Notes under the pieces: generated by a model | Databases searched by the model: none | What the model was told of the DNA's origin: nothing | What the model saw: the letters and a program-made list of their open reading frames with translations, nothing else | Made by a program: the position numbers and the translations under genes | From: Podarcis muralis | Taxonomy: Eukaryota | Length of the DNA: 64,000 nt | Direction of reading: 5' to 3' | Assembly: GCF_964188315.1 (NCBI RefSeq) | Contig: NC_135659.1 | Location: 40,548,001-40,612,000, forward strand | In this document: positions 39,670 to 53,190 of the stretch, one piece after another | Numbering within the stretch: the stretch's first letter is position 1 | Layout: every line of letters begins with the position of its first letter

Positions 39670-39707
39670 GCGACGTTTCGACGAGGTCTCACTCGTCATC
39701 TTCAGGC
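39670..39707 (-). ncRNA. Putative minimal hammerhead ribozyme (PLE pseudo-LTR), sense to RAVER2 pre-mRNA
   Basis: CUGAAGA-U-GACGAG(UGAGAC)CUCGUC-GAAA-CGUC core; stem I only about 2 bp. Confidence 0.65.
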
Positions 39708-39762
39708 AGGTGCTTTCGGCTTCTTGTTACTGGAACAGAGCAGGATCTCAGTGTTTGAGTTC

Positions 39763-41423
39763 CTATAAATACTGTTGAGGAGGTGTGGCCTCCAATGTTT
39801 TGGGCAGAGAGGAAGTTCCTAGGCTAGTGTGCCTTTTCTTCTTTTGTTCCTTAATTGCTTGAGGGATATCTTGAGTGATTTCTTGAGTGATATCCTGAGT
39901 ACCACTTAGGTGGGTCATTAGGTGTGGATTAGTTGCTAAAGCCTTTGTGTCTTGACCTCTTGAACTTTGTGAAGAGTTTTTCTGAGAAGATGGGTGTACT
40001 ACATTTAGTTGTGCTCTGGCTTGGCTTCGTGTATAGGGGCGAGCTGTGGTTTTGTGGCCTGTGCCAGCCAGATCTGTGTAGGGATTGCAGGGGGGTGCAG
40101 CATCCGGAGGTGCCACCATGGTTTGGCTACTGGATGGTGTCTGTAATTTATCTGTGGAGAGGGTCTGGGTTTGGGTCTGGTGTGGTTGATTGGTGATGGC
40201 GTTCTGTGTGCCTCTGGATCTGGTGTCAGTTTTTGTGGGGAGGGCTAATTTCCAGATGTCTGGCAAGCGGGATGTGTCGTCACGCTTGTTCATGTTGTGA
40301 GGGTGTTTCTCTATCTCGATGGCTTCCATGATTATTCTCTTGTGGTGATGTTCCATGTTAGAGAGCAATTTGGAATCTGCAAAATTAATTTCGTGTCCTG
40401 TTTCTTTCATGTGTTGGAAGAGAGAGGAAGTTTTTTCTTCTTTTTTGACGGCATTCTTGTGTTCTGCGATACGTGCATTTATTCGTCTGTTTGTTTGTCC
40501 AATGTACGTGGCTGGGCAGACTTTGCAGGGTATTTCATAGACCCCTTGGTTTTCCAACTGGATTTTATCCTTGGGGTTTCTGAGGATATTGGCTATTTTT
40601 TGGTTGGCGCAAAAGGCTGTTTTGATATTGTGTTTATGGAGGATTTTGCTAATTTTATCTGTAGTGCCCTTGATATAAGGAAGGAGGGCCATGCCATTGT
40701 TTTCTTCTGTGTCTTGGTTTTTGGGGGGTGTTTCTTTTTGGATTAGCTTCGTAACCCTGTTTTGCTGGTATCCATTGGCAATTAACACATTTGAGAGTTT
40801 CTGTAACTCAGTTGTCAAGTGGTCTTTGTCAGCCAGGCGTTTGGTTCTGGAGATGAGAGTCTTGGCTACGGAGTTTATTTGTGCAGGGTGGTGGTGTGAT
40901 TGTGCATGTAAGTAGCGGTTGGTGTGTGTTTTTTTCCGGTAGATAGTGTGTCCTAGGGAGCCATCAGGTTTTTTGTAGATTAGGACGTCAAGAAAGGGAA
41001 GTTGGTTGTTGGCTTCTATTTCCATAGTGAATTGTATTTTGGGGTGTAGGCTGTTGAGATGTGTGAGGAAGCTGTCCAGTTTTTCCTTCCCGTGTGGCCA
41101 AATTACAAAGGTGTCGTCAACATATCTGAGCCAAAGTTTGGGTTTGTGTTCTGACTTGTCTAAAGCATTGGTTTCAAAGTGTTCCATGTACAGGTTTGCG
41201 ATGACCGGTGAGAGGGGTGATCCCATAGGTGCTCCTTCTATCTGTTTGTATCTTTGTCCATTGTGGATGAAGTACGTGTTGGTTAGGCAGTGGTTGGTCA
41301 GGTCCAAGATGTATTCGGGGGGATTGTATTTGTTTTGAATGGCTGTCAAGGCTTCATTAATGGGCACTTGTGTGAAGAGAGATACAACATCGAAGCTCAC
41401 AAGTAGGTCATTGGGATGTAGGT
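39763..41423 (-). CDS. PLE polyprotein fragment (RT C-terminal part plus GIY-YIG endonuclease), no internal stops
   Basis: ORF track 39763..41523; the N-terminal ~33 aa of the track ORF read through the inversion junction. Confidence 0.88.
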
Positions 41424-42288
41424 AAAAATAAAATCCAGTTGGAAAACCAAGGGGTCTATGAAATACCCTGCAAAGTCTGCCCAGCCACGTACATTGGACA
41501 AACAAACAGACGAATAAATGCACGTATCGCAGAACACAAGAATGCCGTCAAAAAAGAAGAAAAAACTTCCTCTCTCTTCCAACACATGAAAGAAACAGGA
41601 CACGAAATTAATTTTGCAGATTCCAAATTGCTCTCTAACATGGAACATCACCACAAGAGAATAATCATGGAAGCCATCGAGATAGAGAAACACCCTCACA
41701 ACATGAACAAGCGTGACGACACATCCCGCTTGCCAGACATCTGGAAATTAGCCCTCCCCACAAAAACTGACACCAGATCCAGAGGCACACAGAACGCCAT
41801 CACCAATCAACCACACCAGACCCAAACCCAGACCCTCTCCACAGATAAATTACAGACACCATCCAGTAGCCAAACCATGGTGGCACCTCCGGATGCTGCA
41901 CCCCCCTGCAATCCCTACACAGATCTGGCTGGCACAGGCCACAAAACCACAGCTCGCCCCTATACACGAAGCCAAGCCAGAGCACAACTAAATGTAGTAC
42001 ACCCATCTTCTCAGAAAAACTCTTCACAAAGTTCAAGAGGTCAAGACACAAAGGCTTTAGCAACTAATCCACACCTAATGACCCACCTAAGTGGTACTCA
42101 GGATATCACTCAAGAAATCACTCAAGATATCCCTCAAGCAATTAAGGAACAAAAGAAGAAAAGGCACACTAGCCTAGGAACTTCCTCTCTGCCCAAAACA
42201 TTGGAGGCCACACCTCCTCAACAGTATTTATAGGAACTCAAACACTGAGATCCTGCTCTGTTCCAGTAACAAGAAGCCGAAAGCACCT

Positions 42289-42326
42289 GCCTGAAGATGA
42301 CGAGTGAGACCTCGTCGAAACGTCGC
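42289..42326 (+). ncRNA. Putative minimal hammerhead ribozyme, second copy
   Basis: Identical motif in the inverted arm. Confidence 0.65.
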
Positions 42327-42899
42327 CTAGACACCCCAACTTTTACACGGGAAGATACCCGAGGACACCAAAACCTGCATATATATATATATATATATAT
42401 GTACAATTCATATTCTAGAAAATATGGTAGCAATCAGTAGTGAAACTGAAACGAAGTAAGTGTGATGCTTATACACTACTAATTCCTATTTTGCTCAAAG
42501 GAATTATATTATGATGCCTACAAACTACAATACCATTAAGAAGTCTAACCACTGCATGGTGGGGGCAATTTACATTTTTGGGAGGCGACAGTAAGACCTT
42601 CCTATAAGCTGCCACCACCACTGCCCTGCCACCATTAGACTTAGGAGGCAAAGCTTCCACTGGTGACAATGGAAGCTTTTGATCTAAGCCGAATTGCCCC
42701 ATGGGGACAGGAGAAGGAGAGGCGCAAGAAAGGGAAGGAGAGAGCAAAAAGGGAGGGAGAGAAGAGGAGGAGGAAAGAGAGGTCTTTGTGTATATGTGAA
42801 TAGATTAACGCAATGAGTGGCAGGGAGAGAGTTGATGGTGAATGGGTAATGACTGATGCAGTGCAAGCTTGTGTGGGAGAGAGAAAGAAGAGAAAAAGA

Positions 42900-43130
42900 G
42901 TTGGGCAGAGGGCCTTCTCGGTGGTAGCACCCGCCGTCCCATCAGATGTCAAGGAAATGGACAACTATCTGACTTTTAGAAGACATCTGAAGACAGCCCT
43001 GTTTAGGGAAGTTTTTAATGTTTGATGTTTTATTGTGCTTTTAATATTCTGTTGGGAACCACCCAGAGTGGCTGGGGAAACCCAGCCAGATGGGCAGGGT
43101 ACAAATAATAAATTCTTATTCTTATTCTTA
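42900..43130 (+). mobile_element. L2 LINE 3' end with (ATTCTT)n tail
   Basis: RAFSVVAP...TFRRHLKTALFREVF followed by L2-type 3'UTR. Confidence 0.75.
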
Positions 43131-43746
43131 TTGGGGGTGGCTCCGGCTTTACCCACTTTGGCTCTGGCCTCACTCACTGCTGGTGTTTAGTCCTTGAGTT
43201 AAACAGGAAGGAAGGAAGCCCTGCTTTTCGTACTAAATACATTGAGTTGTTGAACGTGAATCTAAGACCAATGAAAGACTTCTGATTAAACCAAAGGAAA
43301 TTCAAGGCAGTTCTGATAAAATTGAAATAATTGAATCTGGCAACATTTCCGTACTCCTTGTACACAAAGAGGTTCCAATGCACACACCGAGTTCCCACGC
43401 AAACAATGGGATAACAGACATGGGGAGTGTCATCTTCAGAATCCTACAAAGCTCATTCATATAGCATTAAACTACAGCTTTGCATTATGTGTGAACAAGG
43501 GCATTGAAGTCACAGTTTAACTACATGTGTGTCTTATGGACTTAACTAGCTCTGTATGCAAAATCTTACACTCCTAGTTCTCTGCCATGGGCGTAAACTT
43601 TTTTTTGTGTGTGTATATATACACAAACACACACAGAGAGAGAGCTAGATAGATAAATACACACACACCACTTGTTTTTAACTGGGTTTTTAAGCTGTAA
43701 GCAATGTGTGGAAGGTGATTAATAAATAATACTTCTTGGTTCTTAC

Positions 43747-43813
43747 CTGTTCTTTTATTTTTGTCCACATAACAGTACTTCAATTCAAAGTCTTTTAATA
43801 AGTTATGGATTTC
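43747..43813 (-). CDS. RAVER2: RAVER2 exon 2 (EIHNLLKDFELKYCYVDKNKRT)
   Basis: cag|GAA acceptor, CAG|gtaaga donor; 67 bp. Confidence 0.96.
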
Positions 43814-45239
43814 CTGGGGAGGTGGCAAAAGAAAAAACAACACAATACATCAGAAGAAACTCAGTGCACTGAACATTTTTATTTTAACGTTAAGGTTTTC
43901 GAATTGTTCCAAATAAAGAATTACTCCATAGACATACTGCTATACAAAACATTAATTGGGAATCAATATGAGTGAGCACTCACTTCAACCACAAGCTCTG
44001 TCCTTTGAAAAGTGGAATTCCTAGAGTAGTTACTTCTTGCTTAATGAAAAAAAGAACTATAAAAGGCTGGCATACTGAGTTGCCAGATAAGGTTGATGTA
44101 GAACACTGTTAATAATGCAACTCAACGGTATTTATTCTGCATTGTACAGCAAAACTCCTTCTGTTTAAAATGATATCTCTTTCTGAGATAGATTGCCTTG
44201 TTCTTCACAGAAATGAAATATCAAAAATATTATTTTTGATCCAAACTTCAGTAGTCACATTTTATTGAAAGATACAGCATTTAACACCATGTCAATGAGT
44301 AGTCAGCAATGTCTAAAGTCATAGGGGAAAGTCTGCATGCTCCCAACATTTTATTGTGCGCTTCTACAACACACCAGAACTACATTCTGAAACTGTGCAT
44401 CTTAACATTGCAAACAAGGTCACAGAGAAGTATAATTAAAGAACACAATTATTTCCAGCATTTCAATGAACTTACACAGTACTACTCTTATAATGCATTT
44501 TCCCTCCTCTATAATTAGGCAATTCTGTGCACATCCCTGAGGAATTCAGCAGCTAGCACCTGTTTCACAGGTGCTAAATGCTTCTTATTTTTTTCCAAGA
44601 GGTGTTGCATCCTCTTCCTGTTGTGTACTGAAAAGGAACATGTGCTTCTCCTCTCTTGTCAATGACGTAGAAGGTGGGTTGGGGGGTCAATGGGAACTTT
44701 ATAGACTCACGAGAGGGACAATAAACTCAGAGATTTAGAGACAAGGCAATGTATATAGATACCATATTTGGGCTGGTAAAATCAAGATAGTTCCAGAAGG
44801 GACATGAGATTTTCCTCATTAAAGAAGAATATGCTGAGCCTGTTGGCATAACAGGCTTATTCCATAGTTAATGGTTGACTGTGAATGCACACCATTCTGG
44901 GCTGTTTTGCTTTCTCCCTGCAATTGCATAGGGGAAACTCACCACAACTCCTGGCTTAGTGCTATGCCTGAACCAGTATTTGCTCCCAATAAACCACAAT
45001 CTGTAAACTAAGGTTTGTTTTTACTATGGTTTATGAACTGAGTCATTTTGTGGAGGGGTAATACAGAAAGTAAAGTTCACAGAAAGTTTACTTCAAGAAA
45101 TGCAATGATGAGACAATGCTAAGATGTCTGAACTATATGACATTACAAAACTGTTAATCTGAGCTTTAAAAGAAAAGGAAAATAGGTGATTATAGCCACA
45201 ACAAACAGGGGCTGCAAAACTTCATGCTTAAGGAAAGTA

Positions 45240-46215
45240 CCGTATTTTTCGCTTTATAAGACGCACCTGACCATAAGACGCACCTAGTTTTTAGAGGAGG
45301 AAAACAAGAAAAAAAATATTCTGAACAAAACAGTGGATGTATGATTTTTGTGGTTCATGGTGTGGCCACAGACATGTGATTTGACGGTGAGATTGGGGTA
45401 GCCCAATGAAAAATCCTGAGAATCCATGTGGATCCGTGCTTTGTAACCACATTTTTGGGCCATTGCAGCCCCACGCAACAGTGGGTGCGGGGTTTTTTGG
45501 GTGCAGGCTTTAGCCATGGACATGCTATGTGATCTGATGGTGAATTTGGGGTGAGCCAATGCAAAAATCCTGAGGATCCGTGCAGATCCGTGCTTTGTAA
45601 CTATGTTTTTGCGCCATTGTGGCCCCACGCAACAGTGGGTGCGTGATTTTTTTGGTGCAGGCTGTAGCCATGGACATGCTATGTGATCTGATGGTGAATT
45701 TGGGGTGACCCAATGTAAAAATCCATGGGCTTTTACCTCCCCCCCTCCCAGGCAGCCTCCTTTATCGCTAGCGTCCCTTATCTCCCTCCCGGTCACTTGC
45801 CGATCAGCTGCTTCCTTTCAATCAACACCCCCTTCCCTCGTTTTCCTTAGTGTCTTTTCCTTAGCTGGAGCAGTTCTTTGCTCCTTCTTTTCTTCTAATT
45901 TCTCTTCTCATTGCTTTAGTCTTCCTGTCTCCTCTCCTTGCAAGTTCACTGTCTTTACTTTCCCCCTCCCAGGCAGCCTACTTTATTGCTAGCATCCCTT
46001 ATCTCCCTCCCAATCACTTGCAGATCAGCGGCTTTGTTTCAAGATCCACTTCCCTCTTTCAAAAAAGAAAAAGAAAAAAGAAAAAGGGCATGATCTGCTT
46101 TTTGCCCCTGGGCAATTCGGCTACAGGGACCACGCATTCACTCCATAAGACAGACAGACATTTCCCCTTACTTTTTAGGAAGAAAAAAGTGTGTCTTACG
46201 GAGCGAAAAATGCGG
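45240..46215. mobile_element. Non-autonomous TcMar (Tc2-like) element with internal ~153-bp tandem repeats
   Basis: TA|CCGTATTTTTCGCTTTATAAGAC ... GTCTTACGGAGCGAAAAATGCGG|TA. Confidence 0.8.
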
Positions 46216-46267
46216 TAGTTTAGAAGAGAAAGGAAAGGTGGAAAAAAGTAATGATGAAACAATAATA

Positions 46268-46493
46268 CAGTGGTACCTCGGGTTACAGACGCTTCAGGTT
46301 ACAGACTCCACTAACCCAGAAATAGTGCTTCAGGTTAAGAACTTTGCTTCAGGATGAAAACAGAAATCGTGCTCCGGCGACACGGCGGCAGCGGGAGGCC
46401 CCATTAGCTAAAGTGGTGCTTCAGGTTAAGAACAGTTTCAGGTTAAGAACAGACCTCCAGAACGAATTAAGTTCTTAACCCGAGATACCATTG
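46268..46493. mobile_element. Tigger/pogo-like MITE family A, copy 2
   Basis: Same TIRs and interior; TA TSD. Confidence 0.9.
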
Positions 46494-47346
46494 TAGTGGA
46501 ATCCCACAGCATAGGAAGAGATACATAGATATTGTTTATTATAAAAAGAATTAGGTCTACTTTGGGGGTGTAAACAAGCACTATTATTTAATTTATGAGT
46601 CTCTTCTTACAAAACAATTTACAACTAAAAACATTGGGTTGCATGCAGTGAAGTCATATAGCACAAGGACTTCATCCTGTGCATCCCCCCCCCCCCCATG
46701 CTTCACAGGGTTGTGTGGTGGGATGGAAGGCAGGACAGATTTGGGGGAGTTCACAGGAAAAGAAGAAAAGAAGTTCTCCAGCACAGGCAAAATTCCTTGT
46801 GCCAACTGGATACAACCATTATTAGTATTTGTTTTTTGTTTCTTTTGTTTTGGGTTTTTTTGCTACTTTTGTTACAGCTTCCAATAACAATCTATCCAAA
46901 TCATAATCTAATGCTACTTTCATATTCATTGCCCATTTATGTTGCACTGTTCAGTTTATTTTTATTTCAGTTTATAGTTGGCATATCTTCTCCTGGTGTA
47001 TCTAGTGTTCAAGGAGGGCCTGTATCAGAATTTCAACATGACTAGGAGTCGAACTGCACACTGCGGAACATTGTTTTCAATTAATGTGCAACTGGCTATG
47101 TCTCTTCCTTTTAAAAAGAGCATTTGGTATGGCCTCCCAATCTAGGTCAGGACTGCTGTGCGGGAGGAGAGTTTAACCATTTCCTGCTGGGCCATTTGCT
47201 ACCAGAAATCACCCCTGATGTGGCTATTTGCCCTTCAAATAGCACCTTTGGAACAATAATCAGTTTTGTATGGAGATTTTGATTTGGAAAAATATACAGG
47301 GGAGGCCTGTGCTACCCTCCCAGTCTACCCGCAGATTTTTCTAAAG

Positions 47347-47453
47347 CAGGTATGGCTTACCTGTGATGCTCCAGATGTTGTTGGACTGTATGACCATGAT
47401 TGATGGGAGATTAAGAACAACATCTGGAGGCCCCACAGGGTAGCCAGCCCTGG
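47347..47453. mobile_element. Small hAT MITE
   Basis: 8-bp TSD TTCTAAAG on both sides; CAGG...CCTG-like ends; internal inverted CCAGATGTTGTT / AACAACATCTGG. Confidence 0.7.
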
Positions 47454-50269
47454 TTCTAAAGAAAGACGTGGCAAATTTTACTTACTGATTAAATTTTTAT
47501 TCCATCTTTCCTCCCGAAACAACAAAACATAAAAGAACAATGCAAAAGTAATAAAATATCCTCACAGGTTAAAGAATTTCAAAGTTGCCAGGAACAGTAT
47601 CTTTCAGCCACCAATGGCTGGTTGAACAGAAATGTTCTTTAAATTCCACATGTTAATAATAACGTTAATTATGAGCAAGACAGATGTACCTCACCAGGGA
47701 GGGTACTCCCTAAAGACGGAACTGTGACCAAGAAGGCCCTTTTGTTGCATTAAAATGTTTTTAATGCAATGAGTACTTTTGGCCCTAATCAGACTGATTA
47801 TGATATATTTACACACTCACTCTGCCCTGCAGGACTCCAATGAAACTGAATTTGTTACAACACATCCTTCTACTCTACAAAGTGTCCTAGATCACAACAC
47901 ACTCCCACCTTGCCAATCTGCTAATACAATATACATAGCTTAGTGGGTAATAGGGGTTTGATCTGAATAGGATCAAGTGTATTCTTTTTAGTCAGATTGG
48001 ATACTAGTCTCTTATTTCATCGGTTAACAGCTGTCAAATGCTGTGTTAATAAAACATGATGCTGCTCCTCAAGCTATCTACATACACTGATAGTATGTTA
48101 TTGCTACTACTCAGCAATCCAATACATCTGCCTTATGGTGGGTTAAATGCAGGGGGGGGGGGGAGTTGTGACCAGAATGGAGAGTCTGACTGACATAGGG
48201 AGATGAGAGGAAGGCACATTTTGTTGGAGTCTTAAATCACCATCACTAAAGGGAAGGAATGGTCAGTACACGACCAACTTGTTATGTGTAAATATATATT
48301 TGATGTTTACAGAAGGTTGAAAGCATGCCTGAAACTCACACATGCATCTTCTGAAATTTGTCAGCACACATCATTCCCCTTGGAGTACCCATCAAATAAA
48401 AACAATCCCTAGCTGACACCTATAAAACAATATTTTTAAAAATGATTCACGCACTAAAATGATCGGCTAAGCCTGTCTCTATATATAGGAATTTGTTATG
48501 CTTTCTGGCAAGTAGTTCTGTACTTTAAACAATGGCCTAGCTAGCACGGCATGGCAAACCAAATTCGCAGCTGCTTTGCTCTTCCTCAGTCCTGTTTTAC
48601 TGCCACTCCATGCTGAGCTAGACCAGCATGTTACCTGACCACGGGCTTATAATAGAATCATAGAGTTGGAAGGGACCACAAGGGTCATCTATTTCAACCC
48701 CCTGCAATGCAGAACTCTTTTGCCCAATGTGGGGCTTCAGTTAATGGTTAGAAAGGGGAGAGCTTAAACCATGAGCCCAGTTTGGGCAACACGCTAAGTA
48801 AAATGTGGCTTAGCTCAGTGTACCACGGAATTAATAGAATTCCAGGAAGGAGCAAAGTGGCTTCTCTGCAGGGGGCTGTGTGATTCCCCAAATGCATAGT
48901 TTGGCTTACTGCATCATGCAAACCAGGCCAATATTCTACCACAGGAGTGGGGAGCCTCCAGTCCATGGATATAATTAGGCCCGACAGGGGTTCTAGTTAC
49001 CCATTAATCACACCCCCTTAACCCGCACAACTAATATCACTCCCAATTGTGCATTAGCAAGGAATGCTGATTGGTAGTGAGCGAGAGCCTGCTGGCATCA
49101 GCTGTACTACTGGGTTCTGCATGGGGAACTTGGCAGTGCAACTGACCCCTGCCCAAAGTGGGGCATGGGGAATTCCAGCAGGCTTGAAGCTGCCGCCTTT
49201 CAGCTGATAGGTGGCAACTCCAAGGTAGCTGACCAGCTGACAGGCAGCAGCTTCAGGCCTTGCTTAGCTTGGATTTTCTTTTGCAATACAGCTTGCCACT
49301 CTCCACAGGGAAGAATTGGCCAGCTGATTTCAGAGTGATGCCAGGTGGGTTGGGCAAAGAACCCGGGACTCAGGCTTCTGGTCAAACCCAGTTCCCCATT
49401 CCTGCTGTACAACCTGACAATGTTAGCACACTTATAAATAGGGCTGCTAGAGTCTGCCTCCTGACCTGTGAAGTGTTTCTTTGAGAACTCCAAATAAGAA
49501 AGAAGATTCAGGAATGCTATTTTCCAAAAGGAATGCATATTTTCACATATATCTTGGAAGCTAAATTAGTGTCTTGCTTGCAGTGCAACACTATTCAACA
49601 GTCACATTATTTATCATCCACGTGTATCCCACTATTCTTCCAAGAAGTCTAGGAATCAATGGAGCTACCTAATTTTTCACCCTCGTAGCAACCCTGTGAT
49701 CAAGGATGGTGAGGTAGGAAGTTCTCCAGGGTCACTCAATTAGCTCTGCAGCTGAGTGAGGATTTTATCCATGGTCACCCCAATTCAAACCCCATACTCT
49801 ACCCACACTCTGATCTCAGTTCTCATGTCAAATAGTACCTTCTTATTCACTACTGACAGCTAGATCACCAACCCGCTACTACAAAGTACTTTCTGTTAAG
49901 TTAATTTATAACCTTTGACTTTAAGAGAACGAAATCAGCTTAACTCCCAATACACCAGCTTAACTAGCGTGGGAAAAGGCCGATCGGTCTCTTTTAGCTT
50001 CTTGACAGCTAGCTGTGCTGCCCACATTATTACAAAGAGAGAAAGTAGATAGCTATAATAAGACTTTCTTACTATCCCATGCTACAACGAGAGGATCCCA
50101 TCTTTTTGTTTATTTCCTGCAAAGCTAAGCATAGCCTTTGGCCATTAGTTAGCGTATGTACTTCTTCAGCCTGCTAGTTAGACAGCATAAGAGGCACCAG
50201 CAAAATCATAACAGCATCCTTTATGAAAAGGAACCAGAATTAGAAGACTGCTCACTGCAATGCCAGCAG

Positions 50270-50640
50270 ATAAATAAAAGCTTGCACTGGCTGCCCATTT
50301 GCTATCAGGCCAGGTTCAAGGCCCTTAACAATTTGGGTCCAGGTTGCCAAAAGAAGTGACTAATCCCTTATACCCCTGCCCAATCACTGGGGTCTTCATG
50401 TGAGCCTCTGTTAGTGGTCCCCCATGGATCAGATGCATGGCTTATATCCACCAGGAGCCATATGTTCAGTGTTTTGTAGAACTCTCTTCCTGTTGAGGTC
50501 AGAGAGGCCCCCTCCCTCTTAAACATCCAGCACCTACTGAAGACTTTAAAAAAATAATTAGTGGGCATTTTAACAACTGAAATTCTTATTTTATAGCTTT
50601 AACTAACTTTTATCTTCATTGCACTGAGTTACTTGTACAC
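50270..50640 (+). mobile_element. Degraded L2 3' fragment
   Basis: LHWLPICYQARFKALNNLGPG and L2-type tail. Confidence 0.65.
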
Positions 50641-51989
50641 CACTTAGAGATTATTGTAGTTAAGTGGTACAGAATATACATTTTTAAAATAAAATAAATA
50701 AATACTACAATAAACAGGAAGTATAGTTCTGAGGCAAATGACTTTAACTATGAAAAACGCAGCTTGTGACACTAAGCAGAGATGCGAAGGTGCGCATGAA
50801 TGTTTTATCAACTACGACATTTTATATTTTCTAACCTATCATATAAAGTCCACTTTTGAATGTTAACTCATAAAAATGCTAAATCATAGTCAGATTTCTA
50901 ATGTACCAAGCAAGCTATGGTACTTTCAAGAGCTTATATGTTCTCACAATTTATTATTTCTAGGAAAAGGCAAATGAAGTCATGTTGAAGCAGCAGCAAA
51001 GATGAGTATCTGCTATTTTGCAGCTAGTTTGGGGGGGGGGAGGAAAGCTTGCTTTTTCATTAAAGGGACTTTTCTAATTGCAGCTGACTTTAAAAAATAT
51101 ATTCCAGAACTAAAAGCTATGCTTCCACAAGACTAAAGATTAACAGTTTCCCATTTTCAAATGCCAAGAAACAGAAGTATGTATCACTACAAAGCTACCA
51201 GAAAACATTTCCAAAACAAGTGCAAATGATAAAATATGGCAATTTGGTTTCAAATGCATATATAAGGCATCATTCTCTCAACTAGTGAGTGTTGGTGGCT
51301 CAGTGCCTATCAGTGTGAAACACTCCCTGCCTCCAAATAAAGTATCAGTTTCTACATAAATGGTCTCCATGTATCTAGAGGTTTCCCTAGAACAGATAAT
51401 CAGATGTCTGTAAAATTAAAAGTGTATATTTAAAAATAGACAGATAAGGATCTATGAGCTTCCAGGACTTACAGAATCTTGATAAAATCAAGTATAGAGA
51501 CACAATGTTGGAATAACTCAAGCGAGTCCATTGCAAGCCAGCAGAAAGGACTCCAGTCTAAGTGCCCTTTCCCATTGGCTAGTCCAATAGTGATATATGA
51601 GTTTCAGTTGATGTGGTCTGAGGATGTAGATAAGGCCATGGATCTTTGCACCACTTGGCTTACAAAGTCTAGCGGGATGGGTCAGGGAGGCTCCAAATGC
51701 CTCATTATAAGAAGGAACAGTTCTTCCCTACCTCAAGGAATGGAGGTGAATCCAATTCTAAAGAAACTTTCCCAGGAGCAATAAAATATAAACAACTAAA
51801 GGCTGGTGCAGGGCAGTCCAACTCTTCATACCAAGTGGGCCGCAAAAGTACTTCGACATGGAACCTGCAGGCCACACCACCGCCTTGTTGAGCAGGGGAA
51901 GTGAACGAAGTCAAAAGTTGGTGTTGGCGCGCGCGCGCGCACACACACACAGTCCTTGTGCTGCTTTCCCAAAGCTGGCTAAGTGCTGG

Positions 51990-53190
51990 GCTTTAGGAAA
52001 GAGGCACGAGGCTCTAGCAGGGTCACAGAGCCCTCTCAGCTCCTTCCCAAAGCTGGGGAAGCGCTAACTAGGTTTTGTGATGGAGGCTGGAGGTCTCTAG
52101 GACCTTGCCAGAGCCTCATGCCAGAGCCCCAAGCCCAGCGCTTCAATAACCCAGCTTCAGGAAGGCAGCATGAAGGCTGCAGAGGGTGTCAAATATTGCT
52201 GAGGGCTGCCAAAAGAGGTGGTGAGGGCTGCATGCGGCCTGGACTGCTCTGGGCTAGTGGCAAATGCTCCCTCCCTGGGCAACATCCTGGAGTGGCTGGT
52301 TGCTGAACTGATCCAGCTCATCTTGAAGAAACTGGTTTTCTGGATAAATTTCAATAGTGGAACAGACCTGGTTCTGGCACCAAGACCGCATTGGTCACCC
52401 TTTTGGATGACCTGTGCCAGGAAAATGACAGGAGGAACACAACCCCATCAGGTCTACTGGCCCTCTAGGTGACTTTCAGTACCATCATGCTTTGTGGTGG
52501 TTCTGCTCTTATTTGGGTGTTTGGTACCAGGTAGTGGTGCTGGGTGGATTTTTCAGCTTCAAGGAGCTTATCCTATGGGGTTTCACAGGAGCCAATTCTA
52601 TTCCTTGTGCTGTTTAATATCTACATGAAACTACTGAGAGGGACAATCTGTAGTTATGGAATGTGCTGTCACCAATATGCACATGGCACACAACCTTATT
52701 TGTCCTTTTCATCAGCTGTGATGGTGGCAGCAGGTGTTCTTGGCAGGTGCCTCAACATAGGAATGGACTGGATGAGAGCCAATATATTCAGGTGTAATCT
52801 AGACAAAATGGAGATACTGGTGGGTCATTTCTGAATCTATAACTGGGATTCAACCAGTTCTGGATGGGGTTGCACTTCCCCTGAAAGATGCAGCTCAAAG
52901 CTTGGGAGTACTGAAGGCACCTGTGGCCTCCATGGCATTGAATACAGTTCACCAGCTCTATCTTGGATGGCTATAACCTGGCATCAGGGATCTACAATCT
53001 GATCACCTCCTGCCTGTATTACTGTGCTATTTGATGGTCTTCCCCTGAGCAAGGTCTGGAAACATCTGCCAGTGGAACATTAAGCAGTGGTATTGCTTAA
53101 CTGAGACCTGGCATCTTGAGCATATTTACGCCAGTTTTTACTCACTTGCAGTGGCTGCCAGCACATTTCTGAACCCAATTCAAAGGTTCT
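51990..53190 (+). mobile_element. Degraded L2 LINE RT region
   Basis: Frameshifted motifs LSYGVSQ..ILFLVLFNIYMK, CHQYA..TQ.YLSF, NLDKMEIL, LQWLP. Confidence 0.7.

Larger units (their letters stand above)
39586..42380 (-). mobile_element. Penelope-like retroelement (5'-truncated RT plus GIY-YIG) with inverted duplication of its 3' 953 bp
   Basis: RT motifs SFDVVSLF, PMGSPLSP, RYVDD and LPFLD; GIY-YIG motif GVYEIPCKVC..YIGQT; arms 39616-40568 and 41428-42380 give identical ORF translations; (TA)n on both sides. Confidence 0.93.

Noticed and set aside
41397-42233. Apparent second GIY-YIG gene on the + strand
   Set aside because: It is the inverted arm of the same Penelope-like insertion, lacking RT.
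45376-45730. CRISPR-like or other prokaryotic repeat array
   Set aside because: Vertebrate DNA; the units are contiguous tandem repeats without unique spacers, inside a TIR element.
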